Part shown: piece after piece, positions 1 to 9,113 of the stretch | Layout of the letters: each line of letters begins with the position of its first letter | Position numbering within the stretch: the first letter of the stretch is position 1 | Source of the DNA: a virus | DNA length: 64,000 bases | Direction: 5' to 3' (one strand) | Virus record (IMG/VR): IMGVR_UViG_3300028840_004786 | Program-made: the position numbers and the translations under genes | The notes under the pieces: generated by a model | Told to the model about the DNA's origin: nothing | What the model saw: only the letters and a program-made list of their open reading frames with translations | Databases searched by the model: none

Positions 1-20
1 TAAAACGATAGGAGGTAGTC

Positions 21-1157
21 ATGAAAGAAAATAATTTAAATGGTATTACATTTGAGGGTGATGCAGTGGAAAAGTCAAAGTACTACAATACAGACTTTGA
101 TGAAGGCGTTTTTGAACACGTAAAAATGGAAACAAGTCATTCACTTTGTAAAGGGAGAAAGCCTTCAGTAAAAATGAAGTCAAAGCATAACACCAAACCC
201 GGACAAGTTCTTCATTTTACAAAAGATCAAATAAGAAAGGAATACGGTAATATGAAAATTCCATCACAATATAAAACAAAGGCTGAAAAGATAATTTGGC
301 TAATGAAGCACCATGGCCCAATCACAGCAAATGAAATAAAATCTATTTTAAGCCATGGATCAGTTTCGCCGTATATTAGTTATGTGTATAAAGTACTCGA
401 AAATCATAATCTAAAACACGAAGATAAAAGCATGCCTGATGGATCTACTACAATGGCAATAATCCGCAGAACCAGACAAACAAGAGGAAATCCATACGAG
501 TACCAAATTCATAACCGTATATCAGTTTCAACAGTATGGAGAATGTACAAAGACTTTGTCGCAGAAATTAGTACGGTGACGAAAGTTCGTGAAGTCAAAA
601 TTACAGCATTTCCAGAAGAATGTACAACCATAGCGAGAAAAGTTATTTGGTTGATGAAAAAACATGGGCCAATAAGTAATGAAATGATGGCAGAGTCATT
701 GAAGAAAAAAATTAAAAAAGTTGGAAGAATTTCAACTGAACTATTTGCTGCCCTTGGGGAAAATTATATAATGAGAGAAAAAATGACTCATAGATCATCA
801 AGAAAACTAAGAGCGTACCGCTGTTATCACTACATGATTAGAGACAACATTACTGTTGAAGAGGCCCATGAAAAATATTTAGAACATATGCGAGTTAAGA
901 AAAGAATTTCATATCAAAAAACAGGCTTCGCAATGGATTATATAGAAGCAAGAAACGAACGTAGAAAACCTATTGAACCACCCGAGATTCCATGCAAAGA
1001 TCACTACCCAGTGGAAATGGCTCGTGACTTAGGTTTTATGCCTGAATTTGAAAGTGGCATAAAAAGAGCAAAAAAGGAAATAAGAGAAAACATCGAAGAA
1101 CTCCTTTCAGAATACGGTATTGACGCCGAAGTAAAAATTAGGTCAATTGACTTTTAA
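21..1157 (+). CDS. hypothetical early protein with internally duplicated winged-helix-like segment (possible DNA-binding protein)
   Basis: 378-aa ORF with AGGAGG 5 nt upstream. Two related segments, KAEKIIWLMKHHGPITANEIKSIL and IARKVIWLMKKHGPISNEMMAESL. Confidence 0.6.
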   Translation: MKENNLNGITFEGDAVEKSKYYNTDFDEGVFEHVKMETSHSLCKGRKPSVKMKSKHNTKPGQVLHFTKDQIRKEYGNMKIPSQYKTKAEKIIWLMKHHGPITANEIKSILSHGSVSPYISYVYKVLENHNLKHEDKSMPDGSTTMAIIRRTRQTRGNPYEYQIHNRISVSTVWRMYKDFVAEISTVTKVREVKITAFPEECTTIARKVIWLMKKHGPISNEMMAESLKKKIKKVGRISTELFAALGENYIMREKMTHRSSRKLRAYRCYHYMIRDNITVEEAHEKYLEHMRVKKRISYQKTGFAMDYIEARNERRKPIEPPEIPCKDHYPVEMARDLGFMPEFESGIKRAKKEIRENIEELLSEYGIDAEVKIRSIDF

Positions 1158-1159
1158 TC

Positions 1160-1269
1160 TTGGCGCGAGGCACGTTGATATAATCAATTACACTCGGCAC
1201 TGCGAGAAGCGGTGAACCGGATTGCAAGTGTAAAGCTTAAATGCAATAAGGGCTTGTGCCTCGTGCCAA
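1160..1269 (+). repeat. 14-bp inverted repeat enclosing 82 nt; candidate structured RNA or operator
   Basis: Arms TTGGCGCGAGGCAC (1160-1173) and GTGCCTCGTGCCAA (1256-1269) pair 13/14 plus one G-T. They lie in a gap with no ORF. Confidence 0.4.
1176..1184 (+). promoter_or_regulatory. candidate extended -10 promoter element TGATATAAT
   Basis: TGnTATAAT match in an intergenic gap, similar to elements at 2135, 8218 and 32488(-). Confidence 0.3.
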
Positions 1270-1285
1270 ACTTAGGAGAATCAAC

Positions 1286-1420
1286 TTGAAAGTTAAATTA
1301 ACGAAAGAAGAATACAGAAAAATTGCTAAAATGATAAGAATTGGAGAAAAGGCAGGTAAAAGATTAAGACAATTCTTAGCAAAGATTGAAATTACAAAAC
1401 TTGAAGATAGGAGAAAATAA
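1286..1420 (+). CDS. small hypothetical protein (44 aa, TTG start)
   Basis: AGGAGA 6 nt upstream of TTG. The open frame LKVKLTKEEYRKIAKMIRIGEKAGKRLRQFLAKIEITKLEDRRK fills the gap to the next gene. It is below the ORF-track size cutoff. Confidence 0.35.
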   Translation: MKVKLTKEEYRKIAKMIRIGEKAGKRLRQFLAKIEITKLEDRRK

Positions 1421-1425
1421 ACAAA

Positions 1426-1662
1426 ATGCCTTGGGAATACAACAACATAAAAGAATACAGAAAAACTTTGCTGAACAAAAGAATTACTTCTGTTGATCTT
1501 GCACCAGAAGATATTGATGAAGGAATTAAGATAACAACAGAAGACGGATCATGGATAAAAGTTTCATTTAATGCATGCGAAGGTTATATACAAACATATA
1601 ATTCAAAGGAGATTGAAAATGGAAAAGGAGGTTCTAAAATTTCAGAAGGATCAAACTGGTAA
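1426..1662 (+). CDS. hypothetical protein
   Basis: 78-aa ORF in the gene-dense plus-strand block. Confidence 0.5.
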   Translation: MPWEYNNIKEYRKTLLNKRITSVDLAPEDIDEGIKITTEDGSWIKVSFNACEGYIQTYNSKEIENGKGGSKISEGSNW

Positions 1663-2116
1663 CTTGAAGCAATTCTTTGAAACTGTTAGAAACGAGTACT
1701 TTCCAAATTTATCCTATTGCAAAATTAACTACATCTTTAGAACCGTCCCAAAAAAAGATGATGAAGGAATGCTCGTACTGGGCCAAGCTCGAAAACTTTC
1801 AAATCGTGAACGAGACTTATACGGCTTTGACTTTGAGATATGTGTCCACAAAGCAAGTTGGAAAGGCCTCAATAGCTATGATAAGGAACGTCTCGCTTGG
1901 CATGAGTTAAATCACTGTATAGTAAAGTTAAATGAAGATGGTGAACCCAAACGAGATAAGGCCGACAGAATGGTCATTCGTTTAAAAAGACATGATCTTG
2001 TTATTAAAACTTTTATGGAAGAAATTGAGAAATACGGCCCAACAAAAAGTGAAGCTATAGTTATTAGAAAAATCAAGGAGTACAAGCCTAAGAAGCGCCG
2101 GATAACACGCCGATAG
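1619..2116 (+). CDS. putative phage metallopeptidase-like protein (HExxH)
   Basis: Start moved to ATG 1619, with AAGGAG 7 nt upstream. Contains a WHELNHCIV HExxH motif. Basic C-terminus. Confidence 0.5.
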   Translation: MEKEVLKFQKDQTGNLKQFFETVRNEYFPNLSYCKINYIFRTVPKKDDEGMLVLGQARKLSNRERDLYGFDFEICVHKASWKGLNSYDKERLAWHELNHCIVKLNEDGEPKRDKADRMVIRLKRHDLVIKTFMEEIEKYGPTKSEAIVIRKIKEYKPKKRRITRR

Positions 2117-2134
2117 CCTTTTACTTTTAAAATA

Positions 2135-2143
2135 TGTTATAAT
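2135..2143 (+). promoter_or_regulatory. candidate extended -10 promoter TGTTATAAT
   Basis: ATGTTATAATA lies in the gap upstream of the lipoprotein gene. The same 11-mer core occurs at 8217. Confidence 0.35.
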
Positions 2144-2189
2144 ATATATGGAGGGGAAAACAATTAATTTTTACTTATAGGAGGCTACT

Positions 2190-2861
2190 ATGAAAAAACT
2201 ACTTTTATTGATTTTCGTTCTACTACTTCTTTTTTCGTGTTCACAAGAAACAAGATACAAGCGTGATGGTGTAAGTCATTGGGTTGACACCCAAACTGGA
2301 ATCGTCTACAGGCGAATGACTCAGGAAGAAATCTGCAAAAAGTATCCATCCTTATGCCAACAAAAAATTAGACGGTTTTCAGCATCTGTTGGTCAACAAG
2401 ATTCAACTTCTAATTCAGGTGAAATGAACGGAATTGACGGTACTGCTTCAAATTCACCCATTGGCGGTGTAAGCGGTCCAGAGGGTTCTGGTGGTGTTGG
2501 TGGTGGACCTGGAGGTAGCGGAGGTTCTGGAGGTTCTGGAGGTTCTGGAGGTTCTGGAGGTTCTGGAGGTTCTGGCAGTAGCGGTAGCGGTGGTTCGGGC
2601 AGTAGCGGTAGCGGTGGATCGGGCAGTAGCGGTAGCGGTGGTTCGGGCAGTAGCGGTGATGCAGATCACGGTCATGGTAATGACGCTGGGGGAGTCGATG
2701 GAGATAATCCAGGCAATTCTTCTGGTAGTCAAGGTCATGGTCATGGTATTGGGCATGGAGGGCGTGGTCATGGTGTTGGTGGTGGTGCAGGAGGCCCAGG
2801 AGGGCAAGGCGGTGGGGCAAACGGTCCAGGTGGTTGTGGGGTTGGTGCTGGGGGCGATTAA
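2190..2861 (+). CDS. Gly/Ser/His-rich repeat lipoprotein
   Basis: Signal peptide MKKLLLLIFVLLLLFSC with lipobox LFSC. The C-terminal two thirds are GSG/SGS repeats followed by HGHG-type repeats. Confidence 0.75.
   Translation: MKKLLLLIFVLLLLFSCSQETRYKRDGVSHWVDTQTGIVYRRMTQEEICKKYPSLCQQKIRRFSASVGQQDSTSNSGEMNGIDGTASNSPIGGVSGPEGSGGVGGGPGGSGGSGGSGGSGGSGGSGGSGSSGSGGSGSSGSGGSGSSGSGGSGSSGDADHGHGNDAGGVDGDNPGNSSGSQGHGHGIGHGGRGHGVGGGAGGPGGQGGGANGPGGCGVGAGGD
2520..2657 (+). repeat. in-frame tandem DNA repeats inside the lipoprotein gene
   Basis: GGAGGTTCT x6 (2520-2573), then a 24-nt unit GGCAGTAGCGGTAGCGGTGGTTCG x3 plus a partial copy (2574-2657), with one substitution in copy 2. Confidence 0.9.
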
Positions 2862-2929
2862 ATCAATTTACTTGCTATTGGAAGAAGTACTTCAACACTT
2901 TCTGGAGGGGAAAGTAAGAGGTAACTACT

Positions 2930-3127
2930 TTGAGTTGGCAAGAAATAAACCAAATGATAAAGCGCATTCGAGACGTTTTAAAATACTACCCGAATGCGCT
3001 TATACTTATAGATGTCCGTGTTTTCTATGGAAAAACAACTCCTACGACAGAACATTGGGATATGGAAGTAGATGAAGAGTTCGGAGAAAACAGACTTCGT
3101 ATAGGTGTAACAAGGGAGGCTCCGTAA
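2930..3127 (+). CDS. hypothetical protein (TTG start)
   Basis: 65-aa ORF with AAGAGG upstream. Its stop overlaps the next start (TAATG). Confidence 0.45.
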   Translation: MSWQEINQMIKRIRDVLKYYPNALILIDVRVFYGKTTPTTEHWDMEVDEEFGENRLRIGVTREAP

Positions 3128-3321
3128 TGTCACCAGAAGAATTTGAACAGAAAATTCAAAAACTCGCGTATAAATACTTTTATAAAGAAGACAAAAGCCT
3201 TCATGAAAAAGTAGAAGTATCGTTTGCTACAATAGAAGCACTTTCTTTAATGGTTGAAGCACTTGCAGAAAACGGATTTGAAAAAGCAATTTTTATTTAT
3301 AAAAATTTTATAGAGGAATAG
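3127..3321 (+). CDS. hypothetical protein
   Basis: 64-aa ORF with GGGAGG upstream, translationally coupled to the preceding gene. Confidence 0.5.
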   Translation: MSPEEFEQKIQKLAYKYFYKEDKSLHEKVEVSFATIEALSLMVEALAENGFEKAIFIYKNFIEE

Positions 3322-3325
3322 TATA

Positions 3326-4003
3326 ATGCAAGTCGTTAATATCCGTGGAACAACAGGAAGTGGAAAGTCAACTATTGTTCGTAATCTAATTCATATTGCG
3401 GACACAAGTCAAGTCATCTCTATCAGTCAAGGTGTCAAAGGCCATTTACTTAGATTTTCTTGGCCGGATAAATACTGCACTTGTATTGTCATAGGTCGAT
3501 ACGAAAAGAATAGTAATTTTGGCGGTGTTGATGCCATATCTAAAATATCTTATGTTGAACCAGCTATATGGAAAGCATTGCAAATCGCTCCTGTTGTTGT
3601 ATTTGAAGGATTACTCATATCTCATAGTTTTGAACGTTGGATTAACTTCAGTAATGAATTAAAAGAAAAACAAAAAGCTTCAGGAGTTGATGTTCCGTTT
3701 GGAATGATATGGGTATTTACTATTCCATCATTTAGAGAAAACATTAAAAGACTTCATAAAAGAAATAATATAGTTCTAACAAAAACTCTTCGTGAAGTAA
3801 AAGGCGATGACTACATCCTTAACTTTATAAGCAGATATAAGTCAATTATAAGAATTTATAAAAAATCATTTGAGTCAAACCAATCGCTTTATCGCGTGAA
3901 TGACTTTAAACACTTCATGAAAAAATTCGAAAAAATTTTAAAATTACATTCCGGCAGTAAAATGAAAAGAGAAACAAATAAATTAAAAGGATTTATAAAA
4001 TGA
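3326..4003 (+). CDS. P-loop NTPase (kinase-like)
   Basis: N-terminal Walker A motif GTTGSGKST. 225 aa. Confidence 0.55.
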   Translation: MQVVNIRGTTGSGKSTIVRNLIHIADTSQVISISQGVKGHLLRFSWPDKYCTCIVIGRYEKNSNFGGVDAISKISYVEPAIWKALQIAPVVVFEGLLISHSFERWINFSNELKEKQKASGVDVPFGMIWVFTIPSFRENIKRLHKRNNIVLTKTLREVKGDDYILNFISRYKSIIRIYKKSFESNQSLYRVNDFKHFMKKFEKILKLHSGSKMKRETNKLKGFIK

Positions 4004-4170
4004 AGCAAACAATCATAGCAGCTTCTGTTGGATTGATAATACTCTCAATCGGCATTATTTGTGTTTATACAATTGAAGATCAATTCTGGAAGTCATTCTC
4101 ATTTATCTACTCTTTAATTTCTTCACCAATAATTTTTACTATAATTATATTCTGGAATAGGAGACAATAA
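4000..4170 (+). CDS. small membrane protein (56 aa, two hydrophobic helices)
   Basis: ATGA overlap with the upstream stop and TAATG overlap with the downstream start. Sequence MKQTIIAASVGLIILSIGIICVY...PIIFTIIIFW. Below the ORF-track cutoff. Confidence 0.55.
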   Translation: MKQTIIAASVGLIILSIGIICVYTIEDQFWKSFSFIYSLISSPIIFTIIIFWNRRQ

Positions 4171-4658
4171 TGAAAGAAGGAACTAAGTCATTACTGTTCG
4201 GTTGTCACCAGTTCATTTTGCATCCAATATTTGTTATAATAGCTTGGTATAAGCTTGGTTACGGGAATCCTAAATTCTGGGAGCTCGTTTGTATTTTTCT
4301 ACACGATATTGGTCACTGGCAAAAAGATTACTTGTCTGACTATAAACAAAAGGAGCAACATTGGAAACTTGGTGCGGAAATTGCTCTAAGATTATTCGGT
4401 CTTGACGGTTGGTGGTTTATTGCAGGGCATACGAGACAATCAGGAAGAAATTTCGATGAAAAAAATAAAAACAAACTTTTCTTCGCGGATAAGTACTCAT
4501 GGATTATTGCACCTAAATGTTGGTTACGCCTGAATGATAGAATTGAAGGCTTTGATAAACATCGACCAATTGAAGATTGGTTAAAGAAAATAGAAGAAAA
4601 CTTTTTATTGGGTTGCCCAAAGGGATCACATCAAATATACTTGGAGATGAGGAGATGA
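4170..4658 (+). CDS. hypothetical protein, possible HD-type phosphohydrolase
   Basis: Contains an FLHDIGHW motif (HD-like). 162 aa. Confidence 0.35.
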   Translation: MKEGTKSLLFGCHQFILHPIFVIIAWYKLGYGNPKFWELVCIFLHDIGHWQKDYLSDYKQKEQHWKLGAEIALRLFGLDGWWFIAGHTRQSGRNFDEKNKNKLFFADKYSWIIAPKCWLRLNDRIEGFDKHRPIEDWLKKIEENFLLGCPKGSHQIYLEMRR

Positions 4659-4662
4659 GAAA

Positions 4663-4833
4663 ATGAAAAAGAACACAAAATGCAAAATTCGAAACTGGAC
4701 AGTCGAACATGCTCAAAAAAGGTTTGACTACCTTTCAAAGAAAAAGTTTCCTAAACATGAAAGTCGGGAAATGAAATATATAAAACTAAAAAAACTTAAT
4801 ACTACATTCTTAGTAACAGGAATTAAAAAATGA
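4663..4833 (+). CDS. small basic hypothetical protein (56 aa)
   Basis: The open frame MKKNTKCKIRNWTVEHAQKRF... fills the gap. Its stop overlaps the polymerase start (ATGA). Confidence 0.45.
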   Translation: MKKNTKCKIRNWTVEHAQKRFDYLSKKKFPKHESREMKYIKLKKLNTTFLVTGIKK

Positions 4834-7800
4834 AAAACAAAGATTTCTGTCACCTTCACATACACAATGAGTATTCCCAACTTGATGGATTTGGAACTTC
4901 TAAGGCTTACGCTCAAAGGGCATCAGGGCTGGGTTTCAAATATCTCGGGTTAACTAATCACGGGAATATAGACGGTCTTATTAAATTCCAAAAAGACTGC
5001 AGGGAATACGGTATAATTCCAATACTTGGATGTGAAGGTTATATAATTCCCGATAACAACTTAACGAAGAAAAGTAATAAAAGAGGTCACATCTGCTTAT
5101 GGGTTAAAAACCAAACCGGATTTGAAAATCTATGCAAACTACTTACCTTTGCAAATATTGACGGATTTTACTACCGTCCAAGATTTACTTATAGCAAATT
5201 ATTAGAATGTTGCGAAGGTCTTGTCATATCAACTGCCTGTATGATTTCCTGGACAAATGTTTTCATTAATGGAATTGATTTTTTTTATGAATTGAAAGAC
5301 TCAATTGGGGATGATTTATATTGCGAAATCATGCCACATGCTACAACTCCACAAATCAATTTTAACAAGAAGATGTTAAAACTTTCCAAGCATACTGGAA
5401 ACAAAATAATCGTAACAAATGACTGCCATTACATAGACCGTAGTGATTGGAAGGCTCAGGAAATACTTCTTGCAATCCAACGTAAAGCTAAATGGACAGA
5501 TAAAAATCGTTGGAAGTTTAATATTAGAGGCTTACATTTGAGAACTTGGAAAGAAATGGAATCAAAATTGAGAAAGATAGGAATGTATAAACGTTCTTAT
5601 CTACATAACACCTTGGAGATTGCCGAGAAGTGTGGTGAATACGAGATTCCAAGGAGACAAGTCAAATTGCCACGAGTAAAAGGAAAAGGTATAGGTCTTA
5701 AGGAAGCTGACTTCCTAAAAAAAATATGCTATGAAGGGTTTAAAAATAAATTTGGACAAAGTATTAAGGCGAACAGGACGTACAACAGACGTTTTTTAAA
5801 AGAGTTTAAACTTATAAAAAGGAAGAAATTTATTAGATATTTTCTCATAGTTTGGGAATTCGTTGACTGGTGCCGTGAAAACAACATTCTTCTCGGTCCT
5901 GGAAGAGGTTCAGTCGGCGCGTCTTTAATAGCTTATCTCATTGGTATTACTTCAGTTGATCCAATAAAATATAATCTTATATTTGATAGATTTATTAACG
6001 AAGACCGCATTGACTTTCCGGACATCGACATTGACTTTGAACATTCCAAAAGACATCTTGCACAACAGCATCTGGAAACAGTCTATGGAAAAGAAAGAGT
6101 TGCAAATGTCAGCAGTTTTAACAGAATGAAAGCAAGAGCAGTTATAAAGGATGTAAGTCGCGTCTTTGAAGTTCCAGATGGAGAAGTAAATAGATTTACG
6201 AAACTAATTGAAGACAATGATGACCATACCGGAATCCAAGAAGCTATAGAAACTTACGAAGAAGGGCGAGAATTCCAAGAAAAATATCCAGTTGTAGTAA
6301 AGTATGCTAAACACCTTGAAGGTCAAGTTCGTGGTTATAGTCAACACGCTGCCGCCATTGTGTTATCTCAAACACCTATAGGTGATAGCGGTAGATGCAA
6401 TCTAATAAGCAGAAAAGATACGATATTAGTAAATTGGGAAAAGGACGACACTGAATATGCTGGCCTCATGAAATTAGATGCTCTTGGATTAAAATTATTA
6501 TCCATACTTTCTGAAACAAAAAAGCTCGTCAAAAAAAATCATGACTACAATATTGATTTTGAAAACTTGAACCTCGATGATAGTAAAGTCTACAAAGATT
6601 TAAGCAATGGAAACACCACTGGTATATTTCAACTAACAGGTTACGCAACCACTTCAGTAGTAAAAGAAATGGGTGTCGAAAAGTTTATGGATATTAGTGC
6701 TGTTGTATCGCTCTCCAGACCCGGACCTGCTGGAAGTGGAATGACCGAAGAATATATAAGGAGAAAACATGGTAAAAAATGGGAAAGAAAACACAAGGTC
6801 TATGAGAGAATTACTGAAGACACCTATGGGCTCCTGGTATATCAGGAACAGGTTATGGCAGTCATCAACGAAGTGGCAGGACTTCCGTATAATACAACCG
6901 ACAAGATACGCAAAATTATTGGCAAGAAGAGAGATCCTAAGGAATTTGCAAAGTATAAGAAGCAGTTTATTAAGGGATGCAAAAAAGAAAGAATCTTCTC
7001 GGTAGAAGAAGCAAAAGAATTTTGGAGAGGACTTCAAAGATGGGCCAAATACGGATTCAACAGGGCTCACGCTGTTGAATATGCTATGCTGGCATATTGG
7101 TGTTCTTGGTTAAAGAATAACTTTCCAACAGAATTTCTATGCGCTTCGCTTACATACAGTGCAAAAGAAAAGAAGCCCGAACTTGTCGAAGAAGCTTATC
7201 GTTTGGGCCTAACTCTTGTACTGCCGAAAGTCAATATCAGCGACCCAATGCGATGGACATCAAAAGAAAAAAAGCTTCACATTCCATTCATCGAAGTAAA
7301 AGGTCTTGGAGTAGTCAAAGCAAAGCAAGCATCTGTTTCAGAAAATAATAAAAGTACTGGTAAATGGTTTGGTAAAAGATCAAAACAAATCCCGCGACAT
7401 AAGGGCTCCCTTGGTGAGCTATTAGAAAAGATAGGTGCATATGACATAAATGAGAAAACTCAAATTTCTAAAGAAGTAAAGTCAAAATTTGATTTCCGTG
7501 TTGTTACCAATCCAAAAGATTACTACAGGAGGCTATATGAACTCTACGATAACAAAATCAGACTTGATAGATTGGATCAAATCCTCGAAGGTGAAAGGAA
7601 GTATTTGTATTCCTTATCTAAGAGAAAAACCATTATTCGAAAAAGAAGATTCAAAGGCTTTGACAATCTTTTACGATGCACAACTTGTAGTCTTATCGAA
7701 GAATGTAATCAACCCGTACCTCCTTCTTCGGGGAGATATAACATAATGATGGTTGGACAAGACCCTGGATTTGAAGAAGACAAAGAAGGAATTCCATTCT

Positions 7801-8213
7801 GTGGAAGAAGTGGAGAACTAATATGGAAGAAAGTAAAAGCCCGTGGTTACGAACGAGATAACTTCCATGTAACCAATGTTAATAAATGTTATCCAAAACA
7901 TTCAAAAAAATCAAGTGAAAAACAGATCAAGGTGTGCGGCAAAAAGTGGCTGAAAGAAGAAATTAAAGAAGTCAAACCTATAGTAATTCTCGCATTCGGC
8001 GCGTCGGCTCTTTACTTCTTCACTGGAAAAAAAGGTGGCATAACAGATATGAGTGGAAAAGTCACTTGGGACGAAAGAATTGGCGCATGGATAGTATGGT
8101 GTCTTCACCCCGCAGCTACCCTACACAATCCGGATAGCAAACACCTATTCAATATTGGAATGAAACGCTTCTTTCAAATAATCAAAGCACTCGGCCTTCA
8201 AAATAAGAGTTAA
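4830..8213 (+). CDS. dnaE: DNA polymerase III alpha (DnaE-type, PHP domain) fused to a C-terminal family-4 uracil-DNA glycosylase-like domain
   Basis: PHP motif HLHIHNEYSQLDGFG and the DnaE motif GPGRGSVGASLIAYLIGIT. The last ~190 aa (about 7650-8213) carry GQDPGFEEDKEGIPFCGRSGELI and HPAATLHNP plus Cys residues (CTTCSLIEEC, NKCYP) typical of Fe-S family-4 UDGs. Confidence 0.9.
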   Translation: MKNKDFCHLHIHNEYSQLDGFGTSKAYAQRASGLGFKYLGLTNHGNIDGLIKFQKDCREYGIIPILGCEGYIIPDNNLTKKSNKRGHICLWVKNQTGFENLCKLLTFANIDGFYYRPRFTYSKLLECCEGLVISTACMISWTNVFINGIDFFYELKDSIGDDLYCEIMPHATTPQINFNKKMLKLSKHTGNKIIVTNDCHYIDRSDWKAQEILLAIQRKAKWTDKNRWKFNIRGLHLRTWKEMESKLRKIGMYKRSYLHNTLEIAEKCGEYEIPRRQVKLPRVKGKGIGLKEADFLKKICYEGFKNKFGQSIKANRTYNRRFLKEFKLIKRKKFIRYFLIVWEFVDWCRENNILLGPGRGSVGASLIAYLIGITSVDPIKYNLIFDRFINEDRIDFPDIDIDFEHSKRHLAQQHLETVYGKERVANVSSFNRMKARAVIKDVSRVFEVPDGEVNRFTKLIEDNDDHTGIQEAIETYEEGREFQEKYPVVVKYAKHLEGQVRGYSQHAAAIVLSQTPIGDSGRCNLISRKDTILVNWEKDDTEYAGLMKLDALGLKLLSILSETKKLVKKNHDYNIDFENLNLDDSKVYKDLSNGNTTGIFQLTGYATTSVVKEMGVEKFMDISAVVSLSRPGPAGSGMTEEYIRRKHGKKWERKHKVYERITEDTYGLLVYQEQVMAVINEVAGLPYNTTDKIRKIIGKKRDPKEFAKYKKQFIKGCKKERIFSVEEAKEFWRGLQRWAKYGFNRAHAVEYAMLAYWCSWLKNNFPTEFLCASLTYSAKEKKPELVEEAYRLGLTLVLPKVNISDPMRWTSKEKKLHIPFIEVKGLGVVKAKQASVSENNKSTGKWFGKRSKQIPRHKGSLGELLEKIGAYDINEKTQISKEVKSKFDFRVVTNPKDYYRRLYELYDNKIRLDRLDQILEGERKYLYSLSKRKTIIRKRRFKGFDNLLRCTTCSLIEECNQPVPPSSGRYNIMMVGQDPGFEEDKEGIPFCGRSGELIWKKVKARGYERDNFHVTNVNKCYPKHSKKSSEKQIKVCGKKWLKEEIKEVKPIVILAFGASALYFFTGKKGGITDMSGKVTWDERIGAWIVWCLHPAATLHNPDSKHLFNIGMKRFFQIIKALGLQNKS

Positions 8214-8217
8214 AAGA

Positions 8218-8226
8218 TGTTATAAT
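8218..8226 (+). promoter_or_regulatory. candidate extended -10 promoter TGTTATAAT
   Basis: ATGTTATAATA lies in the 37-nt gap after dnaE. Confidence 0.35.
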
Positions 8227-8250
8227 AATATAACAGAAAGGAGTAAATTA

Positions 8251-8637
8251 ATGTACATATTAAAAGCAAAAACTTCAATGGGTGAAAAAGCAAAAAAGAC
8301 TGATATTAATATCCAATTAATAAGATGGATTTATAATTCTCATTGTTGGACCCCAGCAGAAGAGGCAAATCAACCTTTACTATGCGAATGGTGTGGGGCA
8401 ACTTCTTCGGTTCCATTTCAAGTAGACGCAGATCATCCAAATTTCTGCCCGGATAATCCTCTTATCACACAAATTTTTGATAAAGCAAAGTCAATCGTTT
8501 TAAACGAATTATCCAAAAGAGCCCATCCCATAAATGAAACTATTGAATGCCCGCACTGCGGGAATGAAACGAAGCCTTACTCGTGGTGTGAAAAGTGTGG
8601 CAAGATATTGCCACCAGAACCACAGCCTGAAGGATAA
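8251..8637 (+). CDS. zinc-ribbon protein
   Basis: Contains CEWCG and CPHCG...CEKCG motifs. AAAGGAG upstream. Confidence 0.55.
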   Translation: MYILKAKTSMGEKAKKTDINIQLIRWIYNSHCWTPAEEANQPLLCEWCGATSSVPFQVDADHPNFCPDNPLITQIFDKAKSIVLNELSKRAHPINETIECPHCGNETKPYSWCEKCGKILPPEPQPEG

Positions 8638-8642
8638 TTACT

Positions 8643-9113
8643 ATGAGTCAATATTTGAAGCAACTAAAAATAAATCGCTATAAGTTGGACAGAGAACTTG
8701 TCCGTCAACCGCAACTATATATGGAATGGGCTCTTAAGGCTGCCGATGCTGCAAAGGAGACAGCCGAAGCAAAGCATGAATATGAAGTAATAAAAGCTGA
8801 AATTGAAAAGAAAATTCGCCTTCGCCCACATAAGTATAAGCTGGATGATAAGCCAACTGAAGGTGCAATAAAAGCTGCACTCGTGACAAGTAGTAAAGTC
8901 AAAGATTCATACGCTAAATATGTTGAGGCCCAATATAATGAACGAATATTAAACGATGCAAAAACAGCTTTCGTTCAACGTCGTAAGATGCTCGAAAATT
9001 TAACTCAACTCAATATACAACTTCATTTTGCTGATGTTACTATTCCAAAAGCAGCTATTGATGAATCAGCAAGGGTAGCAAAAAGAAGAATCCAGAGGAG
9101 ATTGAGCAAATGA
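8643..9113 (+). CDS. hypothetical helical protein; possible UvsY-like recombination mediator
   Basis: 156-aa predicted coiled/helical protein located near the SSB and RecA-like genes. The functional call rests only on size, composition and context. Confidence 0.3.
   Translation: MSQYLKQLKINRYKLDRELVRQPQLYMEWALKAADAAKETAEAKHEYEVIKAEIEKKIRLRPHKYKLDDKPTEGAIKAALVTSSKVKDSYAKYVEAQYNERILNDAKTAFVQRRKMLENLTQLNIQLHFADVTIPKAAIDESARVAKRRIQRRLSK

Noticed and set aside
1677-1910. A 77-aa ORF in an alternative frame of the metallopeptidase-like gene
   Set aside because: It lies fully inside 1619-2116, which has the HExxH motif and an SD.
2410-3075. ORFs 2410-2820(-), 2454-2807(-) and 2491-3075(+), with His/Gln/Leu-, Thr/Arg- or Val/Ala-rich repeats
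   Set aside because: They are alternative-frame or antisense readings of the Gly-Ser tandem repeats inside the lipoprotein gene. They lack an SD and have repeat-driven composition.
6654-7348. Antisense and alternative-frame ORFs inside dnaE (6654-7070, 6769-7005, 7139-7348, 7489-7746, 7911-8108)
   Set aside because: They are embedded in a long ORF with clear DnaE/UDG motifs. They are typical AT-rich spurious frames.
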